A stretch of DNA of 64,000 nucleotides from Actinomycetes bacterium. GTDB taxonomy: Bacteria > Actinomycetota > Acidimicrobiia > Acidimicrobiales > Bog-793. The position numbers and the translations under genes are program-made. The stretch lies in assembly GCA_021797795.1 (NCBI GenBank), contig JAJZZB010000003.1, forward strand, positions 13,659-77,658, written 5' to 3'. Positions 17,664 to 27,415 of this stretch are shown in pieces (positions within the stretch are counted from its first letter, which is position 1; every line of letters starts with the position of its first letter). The notes below the pieces were generated by a model. That model was not told where the DNA came from, searched no databases, and saw only the letters and a program-made list of their open reading frames with translations.

Positions 17664-19103
17664 CGCTCCCACCGTACGCGCGCCAGCGGGTGCGGCGTTC
17701 CAACATCGGCGCGTCGATCGCGCTACGCAGCCAGACGCCTGCCGGCGCCGGCCCTTCGCCTCCTGTGCCGGTGCCGTCGCCCCGTGACGGGAGGACGCCG
17801 TGTGCGTCCCCCGCGTGCTCTCGTCGCGAGCGGGCGTGCCGGCCCGTCACGACCGTGCCCAGCGTCGTCTTGGCTCTGGCGGCCGCTCCTCGACGCCTCC
17901 ACCGTCGTCCGGCAGACGGCTGCCCGCTCTCGACAGGACGTCGTGCTCAGCGTGACGGGCCGGCTCGTCGGCCGGCAGCCTCGGCAGCAGCCGTCGTCCT
18001 CTCCGGGGTCTCGTTCGGGGCCCAGGCGCCGGTCCGGTCCTCTGCTGCGGCTCGGTCGTGCGCGTCCTTCTCTGATGACCTGCGCAACCAGCTGCTCGGC
18101 GGGAGTGTCCACCCGCTCGACCGGCCCGGCTGACCGCGTCCCTCGCAGGCACGTCCGTGAGCAGATGCGGCCCGAAGAGAGGCCAGGACCTCCTCGCAGC
18201 GAGCTCGCTGAACCAGCCGGAGGGACAGCCGAGGCTGACGCCTTCGCCGCGCAGAGGCACCGGCTGACCCGCGCAGAGGGGGGCGGCGCGGACAGCGAGG
18301 TGGTCCTTCGCCGTCTCCAGCGTGAACGGCCTCTGCTGGTCGAGTCCGACCGCCCAGCTGGTCACCCTCGGCGTCACCGATCCGTCGCAGCTCCCAGACC
18401 CCGCTCGGAGCCGACGCGGTCATATCGGTCGGTCCGTCTAGATGGTGGCGGCCTCCTGCCGGGAGAGGTCCACCCCCGAGGCGGGCTCGAACCGGACGAC
18501 CGGTGGGGGGCGCTCGAGAGCGAGAAGTGCTCGCCCGAGGGGTCGATCCCGAGCGGTCCCGAGCGATGGGAGAGCGACCAGCCCGGGGTGCCGCCCAGGA
18601 AGAGGAAGGGCACGGCATCGATGCAGTCGCTCGCCGCACCTGCACGTTCGGCAAGAGCGCGATCCGGGGCCTCCGCGTCAGCGGCCGCCCCGGAGACCGG
18701 TGTCGTCGCGCCGAAGCTCGGGCACGGCCGGCACTGCGGTGCTCCGCCGGGAGGAGGTGGGATCTCCCGCTCCGAACAGTCTCATGCTCTTCCTGTGAAG
18801 AGGCCGAGCCCCGGCTCGGGCCGTTCGAGCCGTCCGGGAGCCGAGCGAGGACAGAGCGGGAGCATCCAGCGCGAGCCGACCGATCTGGTCGGTCGAGCCC
18901 GGCGCGGCCGCCGGCGGCCGCCCGGGAGGAGAGTGGGGACGCTCCGCTGCCGGCCGCAAGGCGCTGTGGTGCGCCCCCGTCACGAGGGCCCGCACGGGCG
19001 TACCATGCACCCGCGGCGCCGGGGCGGCGGCGCGTCCAGCGATGACCCCGGGCCCTCCTCGCCGTCATGTCTCCCGGAAAGCCACTTGAGCAAGGAGCAC
19101 CAG

Positions 19104-19877
19104 ATGACCAGCCGAGACACGGCTCCGGCCGGAGCGCCCTGTTGGGCCGACCTGTGGACGACCGACGTCGAGGGCAGCCGCCGCTTCTACAGCCAGCTGT
19201 TCGGCTGGGAGGCACTCGAGCCCTCGCCTGGATTCGGTGGGTACTGGATGTTCGACCGTGGCGGTGCACCGACAGCAGGCGGCATGGGCTCGATGGGCGA
19301 CATGACGGCGGACAACACCTGGAAGCCGTACTTCTGCACGCGCGACATCGAGGCGTCGCTCGGCGCCGCCGAGCGGCACGGCGCCACCATCCACGCAGGC
19401 GCCACGCCGGTCGCCGAGCTCGGTGTCCAGGCCGTGCTGAGCGACCCGGCCGGGGCCGTCTTCGGGCTGTGGCAGCCGGGCACGTTCGAGGGCTTCGGCG
19501 TCGTCGGAGAGCTCGCCGCCCCCAGCTGGTTCGAGCTGCACACGTCCCAGCACGCGAGGGAGGTCGCCTTCTACCGCGATCTGTTCGGCTACGAGATCGA
19601 GGCGGCGGGCGACACCGACGACTTCCGCTACTCCACCTTCCGCACTCCCGGGTCCGGCGAGGAGCTCGGAGGGATCATGGACTCGAGCCGCTGGCTGCAG
19701 CCGGGCGGGGACCACTGGGACATCTACTGGCAGGTCGAGGACGCCGCCTCGACCGCTGAGAAGGTGAAGGAGCTAGGCGGGAGCGTCGTGCAGGGTCCCG
19801 ACCACACGCCGTACGGCGTGCTCGTGCTCTGCGCCGACCAGGCGGGGGCGCTGTTCAAGCTGCGCGCGCTCGCCTGA
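19104..19877 (+). CDS. Two-domain VOC/glyoxalase family protein (CFP32/Rv0577-like)
   Basis: GAPCWADLWTTDVEGSRRFYSQLFGW, DPAGAVFGLWQ, SWFELHT..AFYRDLFG; AAGGAG RBS. Confidence 0.88.
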   Translation: MTSRDTAPAGAPCWADLWTTDVEGSRRFYSQLFGWEALEPSPGFGGYWMFDRGGAPTAGGMGSMGDMTADNTWKPYFCTRDIEASLGAAERHGATIHAGATPVAELGVQAVLSDPAGAVFGLWQPGTFEGFGVVGELAAPSWFELHTSQHAREVAFYRDLFGYEIEAAGDTDDFRYSTFRTPGSGEELGGIMDSSRWLQPGGDHWDIYWQVEDAASTAEKVKELGGSVVQGPDHTPYGVLVLCADQAGALFKLRALA

Positions 19878-19918
19878 GCCCGACGCCGGGCTCCCGCCCA
19901 CGGATCTCGCCGTCGGGC
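19878..19918 (+). terminator. Possible hairpin terminator after the VOC gene
   Basis: GCCCGACG/CGTCGGGC 8-bp stem directly after TGA; long loop, no U-tract. Confidence 0.25.
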
Positions 19919-20526
19919 GCAAGGTGACCGGCGAACCCGGTCGCCGTCCACTCCTTAAGAGTCGGGCGGCCCGGAGAGCACCCCGGCACGTGGGAACGGG
20001 AGCCGGCGCCTGGACAACTGTCGCCGCACCGCGCGCGGGCTCCTGTCCGGAAGCTGGCATGGCTCCGCCGGCACCGTATCGGCATGCCGCAGCACGGAGC
20101 TCGGAGTCGCCGGGTCCCGTGCGCACCTCCGGCCGCGGCGCCATGGTGACCTGGAGGGAGCACGTGGCCGAAGGGATTCCGCCGGTCGTGGGCACGTCCG
20201 CCGAGAGGGCGGGGAACTGGTCGCCGATCTCGTGTGCCAGCTCGATGAGAGGCGCCCGCCCGCTCACACCCAGCGGCGGCCCTCGCCCGGCTGGAGCCCC
20301 GCCAGGAGACAGAGGTGCCTCGGCGCGGGATGCCCGGCGGCGCGCCTGAAGCAGGCGGCCGACGAGCTCGCCGCCACGGCCCCCGACGGGTGCCTGGCCG
20401 GGCGGGACCGAGGGCTCGTGACCGATGCCCTGGTCGCCGCGGCGCGAGGATCGCCCACCGAGAGGGACGAAGAGGGGGCTGTCCCGTACCGGGAATCGAC
20501 CCGACCCGCCAGCGGGGCGCCCGGCC

Positions 20527-22542
20527 TCAGGAGCTCTGCAGCGAGAAGCGGATGAGGGTGATCGAGTGGGCGGGAAAGGTCATCTCGAGCAGGCCGTGCA
20601 GGTCCTGCTCGTACCACGCGGTCGTGGTCACCCTGTTCGGGTCGGCCGGGGTGTTGTAGCTGAGCGAGCTCTGTCCGTCGAGCAGCTCGCCCGTCACCAC
20701 GGGGCCAGCCGGCAGGCCCTTCAGCGACACGCTCGAAGTGACCGAGGCGGACGGGTTGCGGTTGACGACGAGGGCGTAGGCCCAGCCGCCCTTCACTGCG
20801 GCCGTCACGCTCAGGTCACCCGTGCTGAGGGTGCTCGAGCTGGCGAGCACGGGGTTGCCTGCCACCGTCGCGGCGAGCGCCGTGGCGCCGGCAAACGGGG
20901 CGAAGAGCTCGAGGTAGCTCCCCGTCGGTTCCACCACCGTCTGCGGACCCGGGGTCACGACGGCTCCCGTCGTGGCAAAGGGCGCGGCGCCGGGCAGCCC
21001 GCCGCCGATGGCGTCCGGAGCCGGGAGCTCTGCAGACAGGAGCTGCCGGTCGGCCACGGGGAGGCCGAGCTCGATCCAGTTCTGGAGCTGGCTCGCGTTG
21101 ACGAGGGCCTCGTCGAGTGAGTCGAGGAAGTAGGGGTACTGATTCGGGTTCGGGCCGGCGTTGACGCCCGTCCCGTACTCGGTCACCACGACTGGGACCC
21201 GCCGTCCGGTCGCCTCGAAGAGCTGCCGTTGCAGCGACGAGACCGACGCCTCCTCATGGGCGGGGACGAGCATGACCCGGGTCTCGTAGGCCGAGATCGT
21301 GGCGGTCTTCAGCGGGTAGACGTACAGGTGGTCCTGCAGACAGTCGTAGGGCACCGAGGAGCCCATCGCCTCGATGAAAGCCCACGTCGGGTCGGTCGCG
21401 CAGACGTGGATGTTCGGGTTCGCCCGCTTCATCGCACGGTAGAAGCCCACGAATCCGGCGTGCGGCCCGGAGACGTAGGTCGCGGTCAGGACGGTGCCCC
21501 TCGGGGGGATCGCCCCGTGCACCCCGTTGCCGAAGGTCGCCTCGCCGGTCGAGTGGTTGAAGGCGTAGACCCGCGCCCACGGCCCGGCGGTGGCGAGCGA
21601 CGAGACCTGCGTCCAGGGGTGCCCACCCACGAAGACGGAGTTCGACTGGGGGACCACAGGCGGCTCGGCGACGTAGAAGTGCTGGCCTCGCCTCCCTGTC
21701 GAGAGCGCCGCCGCCGCCGTCCGGTTGGCGTAGCGGACGAGACGTTGGCCGGTGAACAGGGTGGAGCCGCCGTAGATGTACTCACAGGTGGCGACCGTCT
21801 TGCAGGCGCCCGGCGGCCCACCGACCTTCACCGCCTGCCCGAGGCGCCATCCGCTGCGGGCATACTCCTCGTTGCCGACCTCGAACCAGGGCACGTTGTA
21901 GGGCGATCGGCGGCCGTAGCCGACGCGGAGGTCGGCGAAGTAGCTCGAGCCCGGCTGTCCGGTGAGGTACTTGACGAAGTTGGCGGCCTGCGTGGCGGTA
22001 CCGGTGTCGAAGTTGACCGTGACGACTCCCACGGCGCCCGTCCGGCCGAGCAGCGCCCCGAACTCGTCCGGGCCGACGCCCGAGCCGCTCGGACCCGAAT
22101 CGGGGCCGATGGCGTTCGGGGTCCGGAGCGACTGCGGCCCGACGGCCCGCCGCCACTGGTAGGTCTGGGCGGCGGCCCCGCCGGGGAACCGGAGCGAGCC
22201 GATGTAGACCTCAGAGCCGAGCTGCTGCAGGAAGGAGGGGTAGAAGCTCGAGGTCGTCGGGTCGAAGCTCCCCATCCCGTTGTCGAGAGCGAGGAAGTCG
22301 CTGCCGAGCACGGCCCGGCGCACGGTGCCGAGGTGCTGGCGGCCGTCGATCACGATCGAGGTCGAGCTCGAGACGGCCACGTCGTGGCGGAGAGAGGACG
22401 AGCCGACGGGGGACTCCCGGGTGCCGGCGTGCGCCGCCAGGGCCGACGTCGAGGTGAGCACCAGGGCGGCAACGAGCAACGACGCAGCGGTCAGCGCTTC
22501 CCGCCGATGCCCGGACCGCTGCCGTGTCTGCCCCGTCGCCAA
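20527..22542 (-). CDS. Secreted clan GH-A glycoside hydrolase, GH51 alpha-L-arabinofuranosidase-like, with an internal baseplate-like insertion
   Basis: Signal peptide (RREALTAASLLVAALVLTSTSALA), LRFPGG, YQWRRAVGP, GPDEF, FEVGNEE (acid/base), VTEYG (nucleophile), C-terminal beta-sandwich (ALVVNRNP...FPAHSITLI); TTG start uncertain. Confidence 0.75.
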   Translation of the reverse strand: MATGQTRQRSGHRREALTAASLLVAALVLTSTSALAAHAGTRESPVGSSSLRHDVAVSSSTSIVIDGRQHLGTVRRAVLGSDFLALDNGMGSFDPTTSSFYPSFLQQLGSEVYIGSLRFPGGAAAQTYQWRRAVGPQSLRTPNAIGPDSGPSGSGVGPDEFGALLGRTGAVGVVTVNFDTGTATQAANFVKYLTGQPGSSYFADLRVGYGRRSPYNVPWFEVGNEEYARSGWRLGQAVKVGGPPGACKTVATCEYIYGGSTLFTGQRLVRYANRTAAAALSTGRRGQHFYVAEPPVVPQSNSVFVGGHPWTQVSSLATAGPWARVYAFNHSTGEATFGNGVHGAIPPRGTVLTATYVSGPHAGFVGFYRAMKRANPNIHVCATDPTWAFIEAMGSSVPYDCLQDHLYVYPLKTATISAYETRVMLVPAHEEASVSSLQRQLFEATGRRVPVVVTEYGTGVNAGPNPNQYPYFLDSLDEALVNASQLQNWIELGLPVADRQLLSAELPAPDAIGGGLPGAAPFATTGAVVTPGPQTVVEPTGSYLELFAPFAGATALAATVAGNPVLASSSTLSTGDLSVTAAVKGGWAYALVVNRNPSASVTSSVSLKGLPAGPVVTGELLDGQSSLSYNTPADPNRVTTTAWYEQDLHGLLEMTFPAHSITLIRFSLQSS

Positions 22543-22553
22543 CTCGAGTGATC

Positions 22554-23885
22554 CTACATGGCGGCTCTCTGGCGCAGCGCCTCTCCCCCGTCGACGGTCT
22601 CCCGCACCGCTCGGCGCAGAGGCGGCGCGATGGCGACGGCCAGCGCGAGCGCCAGCGCGCCGGCCGCCGTGGTCCAGGCGAGCCCGATGCTGTCGGCGAC
22701 CGGTCCCTGGACGAGGGCACCGATCGGGTAGGCGACACCGAGCGCCATGAGGTAGAGGGCGAGGACCCTCCCGCGGTAGGCCTGCGGCGCTCGCAGCTGG
22801 ACGACCGTCTGGAGCCCCGACAGCACGCCGAGGTAGACGAGCCCCACCAGGAACAAGGCGACCACCGCGACCACAAGGGAGGCCGAGAGGCCGTAGGCGA
22901 CGAGCACGAATGGCAGCAGGCCCAGGCTGGCGGCGAGCACCCGACCGCGGCCGAAGTGGGCGGCGAGGTAGGGGATGAGGAGGGCGCCCACCACCGCGCC
23001 GACGCCCTGGGCGGTGGTGAGCAGGGCGGTGCCGGTGGCGACGGCCCGGCTGCCGCCATGGGCGAGGTGGTCGGCCATCGCCGGCACGAGGGCGATGAAC
23101 GGAGAGGCGAAGAGCCCGACGGTGGCGATGAGCAGGATCGCCCCCTTGCAGGCCGGCTCGCCGCGGGCGGTCCTCGCCCCCAGTCTCACCGAGCGCCAGA
23201 CCGAGAGTCGCTCGCCCGCCGGCGGCGGAGCGAGGCGGACGAAGCCCAGAGCCAGCACCACCGCGAGGAACGAGACGGCGTTGGCCTCGAACGCGACGGG
23301 ATAGCCGAAGAGCGCCACCGCCGCCCCGGCGAGCGCCGGGCCGATGACACGGCCCAGGTTGAACTGGGCGGAGTTGAGCGAGACTGCGGCCAGGAAGTCG
23401 CCGCGCGGGACGAGGTCCGGCAGGATCGCCTGCTGGAACGGCCCGGTCAGCGCGCTCACGCAGCCTTGAACGAGCACGAGCAGGCTGAGGGTCCCCGGAG
23501 AGTCGTGCCGGCCCGCCACGAGGACCGCGATCGCGAGGGCGACCAGTGCCGCCACGAGGTTCCCGACGACGAGCACCGGCCGGCGGGCCAGCCGGTCCGC
23601 CAGCGCGCCGCCGACGGGTGAGAGCACGCCGATCGGTAAGAAGGCGCTCGCCGCCACGACGACCGCCCACAGAGCCTGGCCGGTGTGGGCGACGACGAGG
23701 GCCCCGACGGCCACCGACTGCATCCACGAGCCGACGGTGGAGACGAGCCCTCCGGACCACAACAGCGCGAAGGAGCGGTGCCGGAACGGTCGCAGGGAGA
23801 CGGCCAACCCGACACGGTGGCTCGCCACCGTCACGGGCGACGAGACGGCGGTCATCTCGTTCGGGATGTCAGAGAGGGCGTCCAC
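22554..23885 (-). CDS. MFS transporter (TGV/macrolide-efflux-like family)
   Basis: RHRSFALLWSGGLVSTVGSWMQ, GGALADRLARR, AVSLNSAQFNLGRVIGPALAG, YRGRVLAL; start uncertain. Confidence 0.9.
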   Translation of the reverse strand: MDALSDIPNEMTAVSSPVTVASHRVGLAVSLRPFRHRSFALLWSGGLVSTVGSWMQSVAVGALVVAHTGQALWAVVVAASAFLPIGVLSPVGGALADRLARRPVLVVGNLVAALVALAIAVLVAGRHDSPGTLSLLVLVQGCVSALTGPFQQAILPDLVPRGDFLAAVSLNSAQFNLGRVIGPALAGAAVALFGYPVAFEANAVSFLAVVLALGFVRLAPPPAGERLSVWRSVRLGARTARGEPACKGAILLIATVGLFASPFIALVPAMADHLAHGGSRAVATGTALLTTAQGVGAVVGALLIPYLAAHFGRGRVLAASLGLLPFVLVAYGLSASLVVAVVALFLVGLVYLGVLSGLQTVVQLRAPQAYRGRVLALYLMALGVAYPIGALVQGPVADSIGLAWTTAAGALALALAVAIAPPLRRAVRETVDGGEALRQRAAM

Positions 23886-24524
23886 GGTCGGACTGGCAGA
23901 CTACGCGCTCGGCGGGCCGGTCCCGGCTCCGGAGTCGGTTTCTCGCAACCTCGCTCCCTCACGGCGCGGTCGCCACCACGGCGCCTGACGCCGGGTCCGC
24001 GATCCACCTGCACGACGGCGACCGCGAGCCGGTCGGGTCAGCGATGGCGCAGATGGAGCCCCTCGAACAGCCGGTGGGCCGCCTCGCCGGTCCGAGCTCG
24101 CGGCCCTGCCGGCCGGCGCTCCGGTTGCATGCGGCCGGCAACGGTCACGGCGATCGCAGGCGTGACAGCGCGCGAAGCACTCGTGCCTCGTGACGGCGGT
24201 GACCGGTCGGTGCTGCCACCGCGTGCTCGCCTATTTCGCCCTCGTGCGGGACGAGCGCCCGCCCTTCCGCCACGACTGCGGTGGGCCACGACCCCGGCAG
24301 CCCACCGGAGGCCGGGGAGGAGCGGCTCGCTGCCCGAGGCCGCATCCATCCCACGCGACACCCGACGGCAGCGCCGCCGGGTGGCACCGCGGCCGAGCCC
24401 GAGGGACGCCGGTCGCCCCGCCGGCGAGCGGGAGGGGCCGGCGAACGGGCAAGAATCCCGTTGTGGGCGCGGACACGACGACCGGCGCGGGAGCGGTGGA
24501 CCCCGGAAGCGGACCGGGCCGGAG

Positions 24525-26573
24525 ATGACGAGCGGCACCGGACCGGCGGCGGCCGGCGGCATCGAGGCGGAGGGCCCGGCCCTCAGCCACCGGAGGGTCC
24601 TCGTCGTCATCGGCGGGCTCCTGCTCGGCATGCTGCTGGCGGCGCTCGACCAGACGATCGTGGCCACGGCGCTCCCGACGATCGCGGGCGACCTCCACGA
24701 CCTTCCGCACCTGTCCTGGGTCGTGACTGCGTACATCCTCGCCTCGACCGCCTCGACGCCGCTGTGGGGCAAGCTCGGCGACCAGTACGGGCGGAAGACC
24801 TTCTTCCAGGCCGCCATCGTGATCTTCCTCGTCGGCTCGGCGCTGTCCGGCCTGAGCGCGACGATGTTCGAGCTCATCGCCTTCCGCGCGCTCCAGGGGG
24901 TCGGCGGCGGCGGTCTCATGATCGGCGCCCAGGCGATCGTCGGCGACGTCGTCTCGCCCCGTGAACGCGGCCGCTACCAGGGCCTGTTCGGCGCCGTGTT
25001 CGGCGTGACGAGCGTGCTCGGGCCGCTCATCGGCGGCTTTTTCGTCACCAACCTCTCGTGGCGATGGGTCTTCTACATCAACCTGCCGCTCGGCGCGGTC
25101 GCCCTCGTGGTCACCGCCGCCGTGCTCCCTGGCAACCTCGCCCGGGTACGCCATGTGATCGACTACCTCGGCACGGCGCTCCTCGCCGGCGCCGCCACGA
25201 GCCTCGTGCTCCTCACCACCCTCGGGGGCACCACCTACCCGTGGGACTCGGCACCGATCTTCCTCCTCGGCGCCTGCGGCGTCGTCCTGCTCGTGGCCTT
25301 CGCGGCAGTGGAGCATCGGGTCGCCGAGCCGGTGCTCCCGCTGCGGCTCTTCTCCAACCGGATCTTCTCGACCACGAGCGCCATCGGCTTCATCGTCGGT
25401 TTCGCCATGTTCGGGGCCATCACCTACCTCCCCCAGTACATGCAGGTGGTGCGGGGGGCGAGTCCGACCGGGTCGGGCCTCCAGCTGCTCCCCCTCATGG
25501 CCGGCCTCCTGCTCACCTCGACGCTCTCGGGCCTGCTCATCACGAGGTGGGGCCGCTACAAGGTCTTCCCGGTCGTCGGGACGGCGGTCATGACCGTCGG
25601 CATGTACCTGCTCTCGCTCATGGACGCCACCACCTCGACGACCGAGAGCTCGCTCTACATGTTCGTGCTGGGTGTCGGCATCGGCGGCGTGATGCAGGTG
25701 CTCGTCATCGCCGTCCAGAACGCCGTCGGCTACGAGGACCTCGGGGTCGCGACCGCAGGCGCCACCTTCTTCCGCTCGATCGGTGGCTCGTTCGGCACGG
25801 CAGTGTTCGGCGCCATCTTCGCCAACACCCTCGCCGGCAACCTCCGCCACTACCTGACAGGCGTTCGCCTTCCCCCTGGCTTCAACAGCGCGGCCGGGGC
25901 GAGCCCGGCGGTTCTCGCCAACTTGCCTCCGGTGGTGCATGCCGGCTTCGTCGGGGCCTTCGCCGCCTCGCTGCATACGGTGTTCCTCGTCGCCGTTCCC
26001 GTCTCGGCCGTCTCGTTCCTGCTGACCCTGTGGCTGAAAGAGGTGCCGCTGCGCCAGACGAGCCGGGCGCCGAGCCCGGCGGACACACTCGCTCCCACCT
26101 CGATGCCGGCCGAACGCTCCTCGGTCGAGGAGATCGGACGGGCGCTCAGCGTGCTGATGGGACGAGAGACCGGCACCCGCGTCTACGGCCGCCTCTGCGA
26201 ACGGGCGGGGCTCAGCCTCGACGCCCGCTGCTGTTGGCTCCTCCTCCGCCTCGAGGACCACCCTGAGGAGGATCTCAGCGGTCTCGCGTCCAAGCTGCAC
26301 CTGTCGGCGAGCGAGCTCGCTCCGATCGTCGACGGGCTGGTCGACGGCGGTTACCTCGAGGGTGGTCCGGGCGGCGACCGGACGGCCCCGAGAGCCGGGC
26401 CGCTGCGGCTGACCGGCGAGGGGCGCCGCTCAGCCGACGCCCTCATCACTGCCCGGCGCGACGCCCTCTCCCAGCTCGTCGAGGAGTGGGGTCCGGACGA
26501 GCACGCCGACCTCGCCGCCCTGCTCACGCGCCTCGCCCACGAGCTCACGGAGGGCCGTGCTCCGAACGGCTGA
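24525..26573 (+). CDS. DHA2 (EmrB/QacA-type, 14-TM) MFS efflux transporter fused to a C-terminal MarR-like winged-helix domain
   Basis: LAALDQTIVATALPTI, WGKLGDQYGRK, WRWVFYINLPLG; tail CWLLLRL..LSGLASKLHL..IVDGLVDGGYL..LRLTGEGR. Confidence 0.9.
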   Translation: MTSGTGPAAAGGIEAEGPALSHRRVLVVIGGLLLGMLLAALDQTIVATALPTIAGDLHDLPHLSWVVTAYILASTASTPLWGKLGDQYGRKTFFQAAIVIFLVGSALSGLSATMFELIAFRALQGVGGGGLMIGAQAIVGDVVSPRERGRYQGLFGAVFGVTSVLGPLIGGFFVTNLSWRWVFYINLPLGAVALVVTAAVLPGNLARVRHVIDYLGTALLAGAATSLVLLTTLGGTTYPWDSAPIFLLGACGVVLLVAFAAVEHRVAEPVLPLRLFSNRIFSTTSAIGFIVGFAMFGAITYLPQYMQVVRGASPTGSGLQLLPLMAGLLLTSTLSGLLITRWGRYKVFPVVGTAVMTVGMYLLSLMDATTSTTESSLYMFVLGVGIGGVMQVLVIAVQNAVGYEDLGVATAGATFFRSIGGSFGTAVFGAIFANTLAGNLRHYLTGVRLPPGFNSAAGASPAVLANLPPVVHAGFVGAFAASLHTVFLVAVPVSAVSFLLTLWLKEVPLRQTSRAPSPADTLAPTSMPAERSSVEEIGRALSVLMGRETGTRVYGRLCERAGLSLDARCCWLLLRLEDHPEEDLSGLASKLHLSASELAPIVDGLVDGGYLEGGPGGDRTAPRAGPLRLTGEGRRSADALITARRDALSQLVEEWGPDEHADLAALLTRLAHELTEGRAPNG

Positions 26574-26995
26574 CGCAGATCAGGCCGAGACCGCCGCCGT
26601 CATCCTGGTCGACGGGTGATCCGGCGGTGGCCGACCCCGGTGAAGGGCACGATCGGGACCGCTCCGCTCGCCACGGGACCCGACGGCTCGCCCGCCGGGG
26701 ACGAGACGGGCCGATGGCCGTTCCCCGGGGCTGGACAGTCCTCGGTCCCCCCGGCGCCGGATCATCGGGCTCGACATCCGCTCGCTGAGCGGCACCGACC
26801 GCCTCCGAGAGGCCGTGGGCACCGAGTGGACGGGACCGGCGGCGCCCGTCCGGCCCGAAGGCTGGCGGCCACATGAGCGGGCGCGACATGGCCATAGCTG
26901 GCTCGCCCTCGGCCCCGACGCCTGGGTCCCCGGCAGCCCGTTCGCTCTCGGCGTCGCCTGCGACTCCTCGGCCGCCACGCTCCTCACCGCCACGG

Positions 26996-27210
26996 CTTCT
27001 CGAGGTCGCCGGGCTCGGGTGGACTCTCTCGTCGGTGGCGTGAGATCTCGTGTACCTCTCGGCCAGCTGGTCGGTGGCCGGCCGCAGCGTCGAGGTGGCG
27101 GTCGTGGGCCTGCGGATCGTGGGCGTCGTCGGCCCGACGATCACCATCGGTCAGGCTCTGACGCCCCGCCCGGGCTACCCGGTCGGCCTTGTCCTGGTGC
27201 TCGGGCCTCG
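26996..27210 (+). pseudogene. Remnant of a membrane-protein (MFS-like) gene
   Basis: LLEVAGLGWTLSSVA*DLVYLSASWSVAG..VAVVGLRIVGVVGP..VGLVLVLG with in-frame TGA at 27041; GC3-rich codons. Confidence 0.3.
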
Positions 27211-27415
27211 TGTCCCTCGTCCGGGGCGCCGCGCCTGGCCGACCTCGTGGCACGGACCTGTGTCGTCTTCGGACCGGAGCGACGGCTCGGCAGAGATGCC
27301 CGGGCGGCTCACGCGCCGGCTCGCGACCCGCGGTGTGCCGGCCCGGCGGGCTGAGCGCCGGAGCCGCTCTGCTCGCCCCGCTGACAGCGTCGGCCCAGCC
27401 GGGAGTGGCGCGGCC

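Noticed and set aside
20180-20250. Minus-strand IGDQFPALSADVP resembling a redoxin N-terminus
   Set aside because: No CxxC/CP motif or continuation
20527-22542. Prophage or contractile injection system suggested by the baseplate-like motif
   Set aside because: No sheath, tube, spike, terminase or integrase nearby; the motif is embedded in a signal-peptide-bearing hydrolase
27041-27043. In-frame TGA as possible selenocysteine or readthrough
   Set aside because: Hydrophobic context suggests TGG->TGA; no SECIS-like hairpin or sel genes seen
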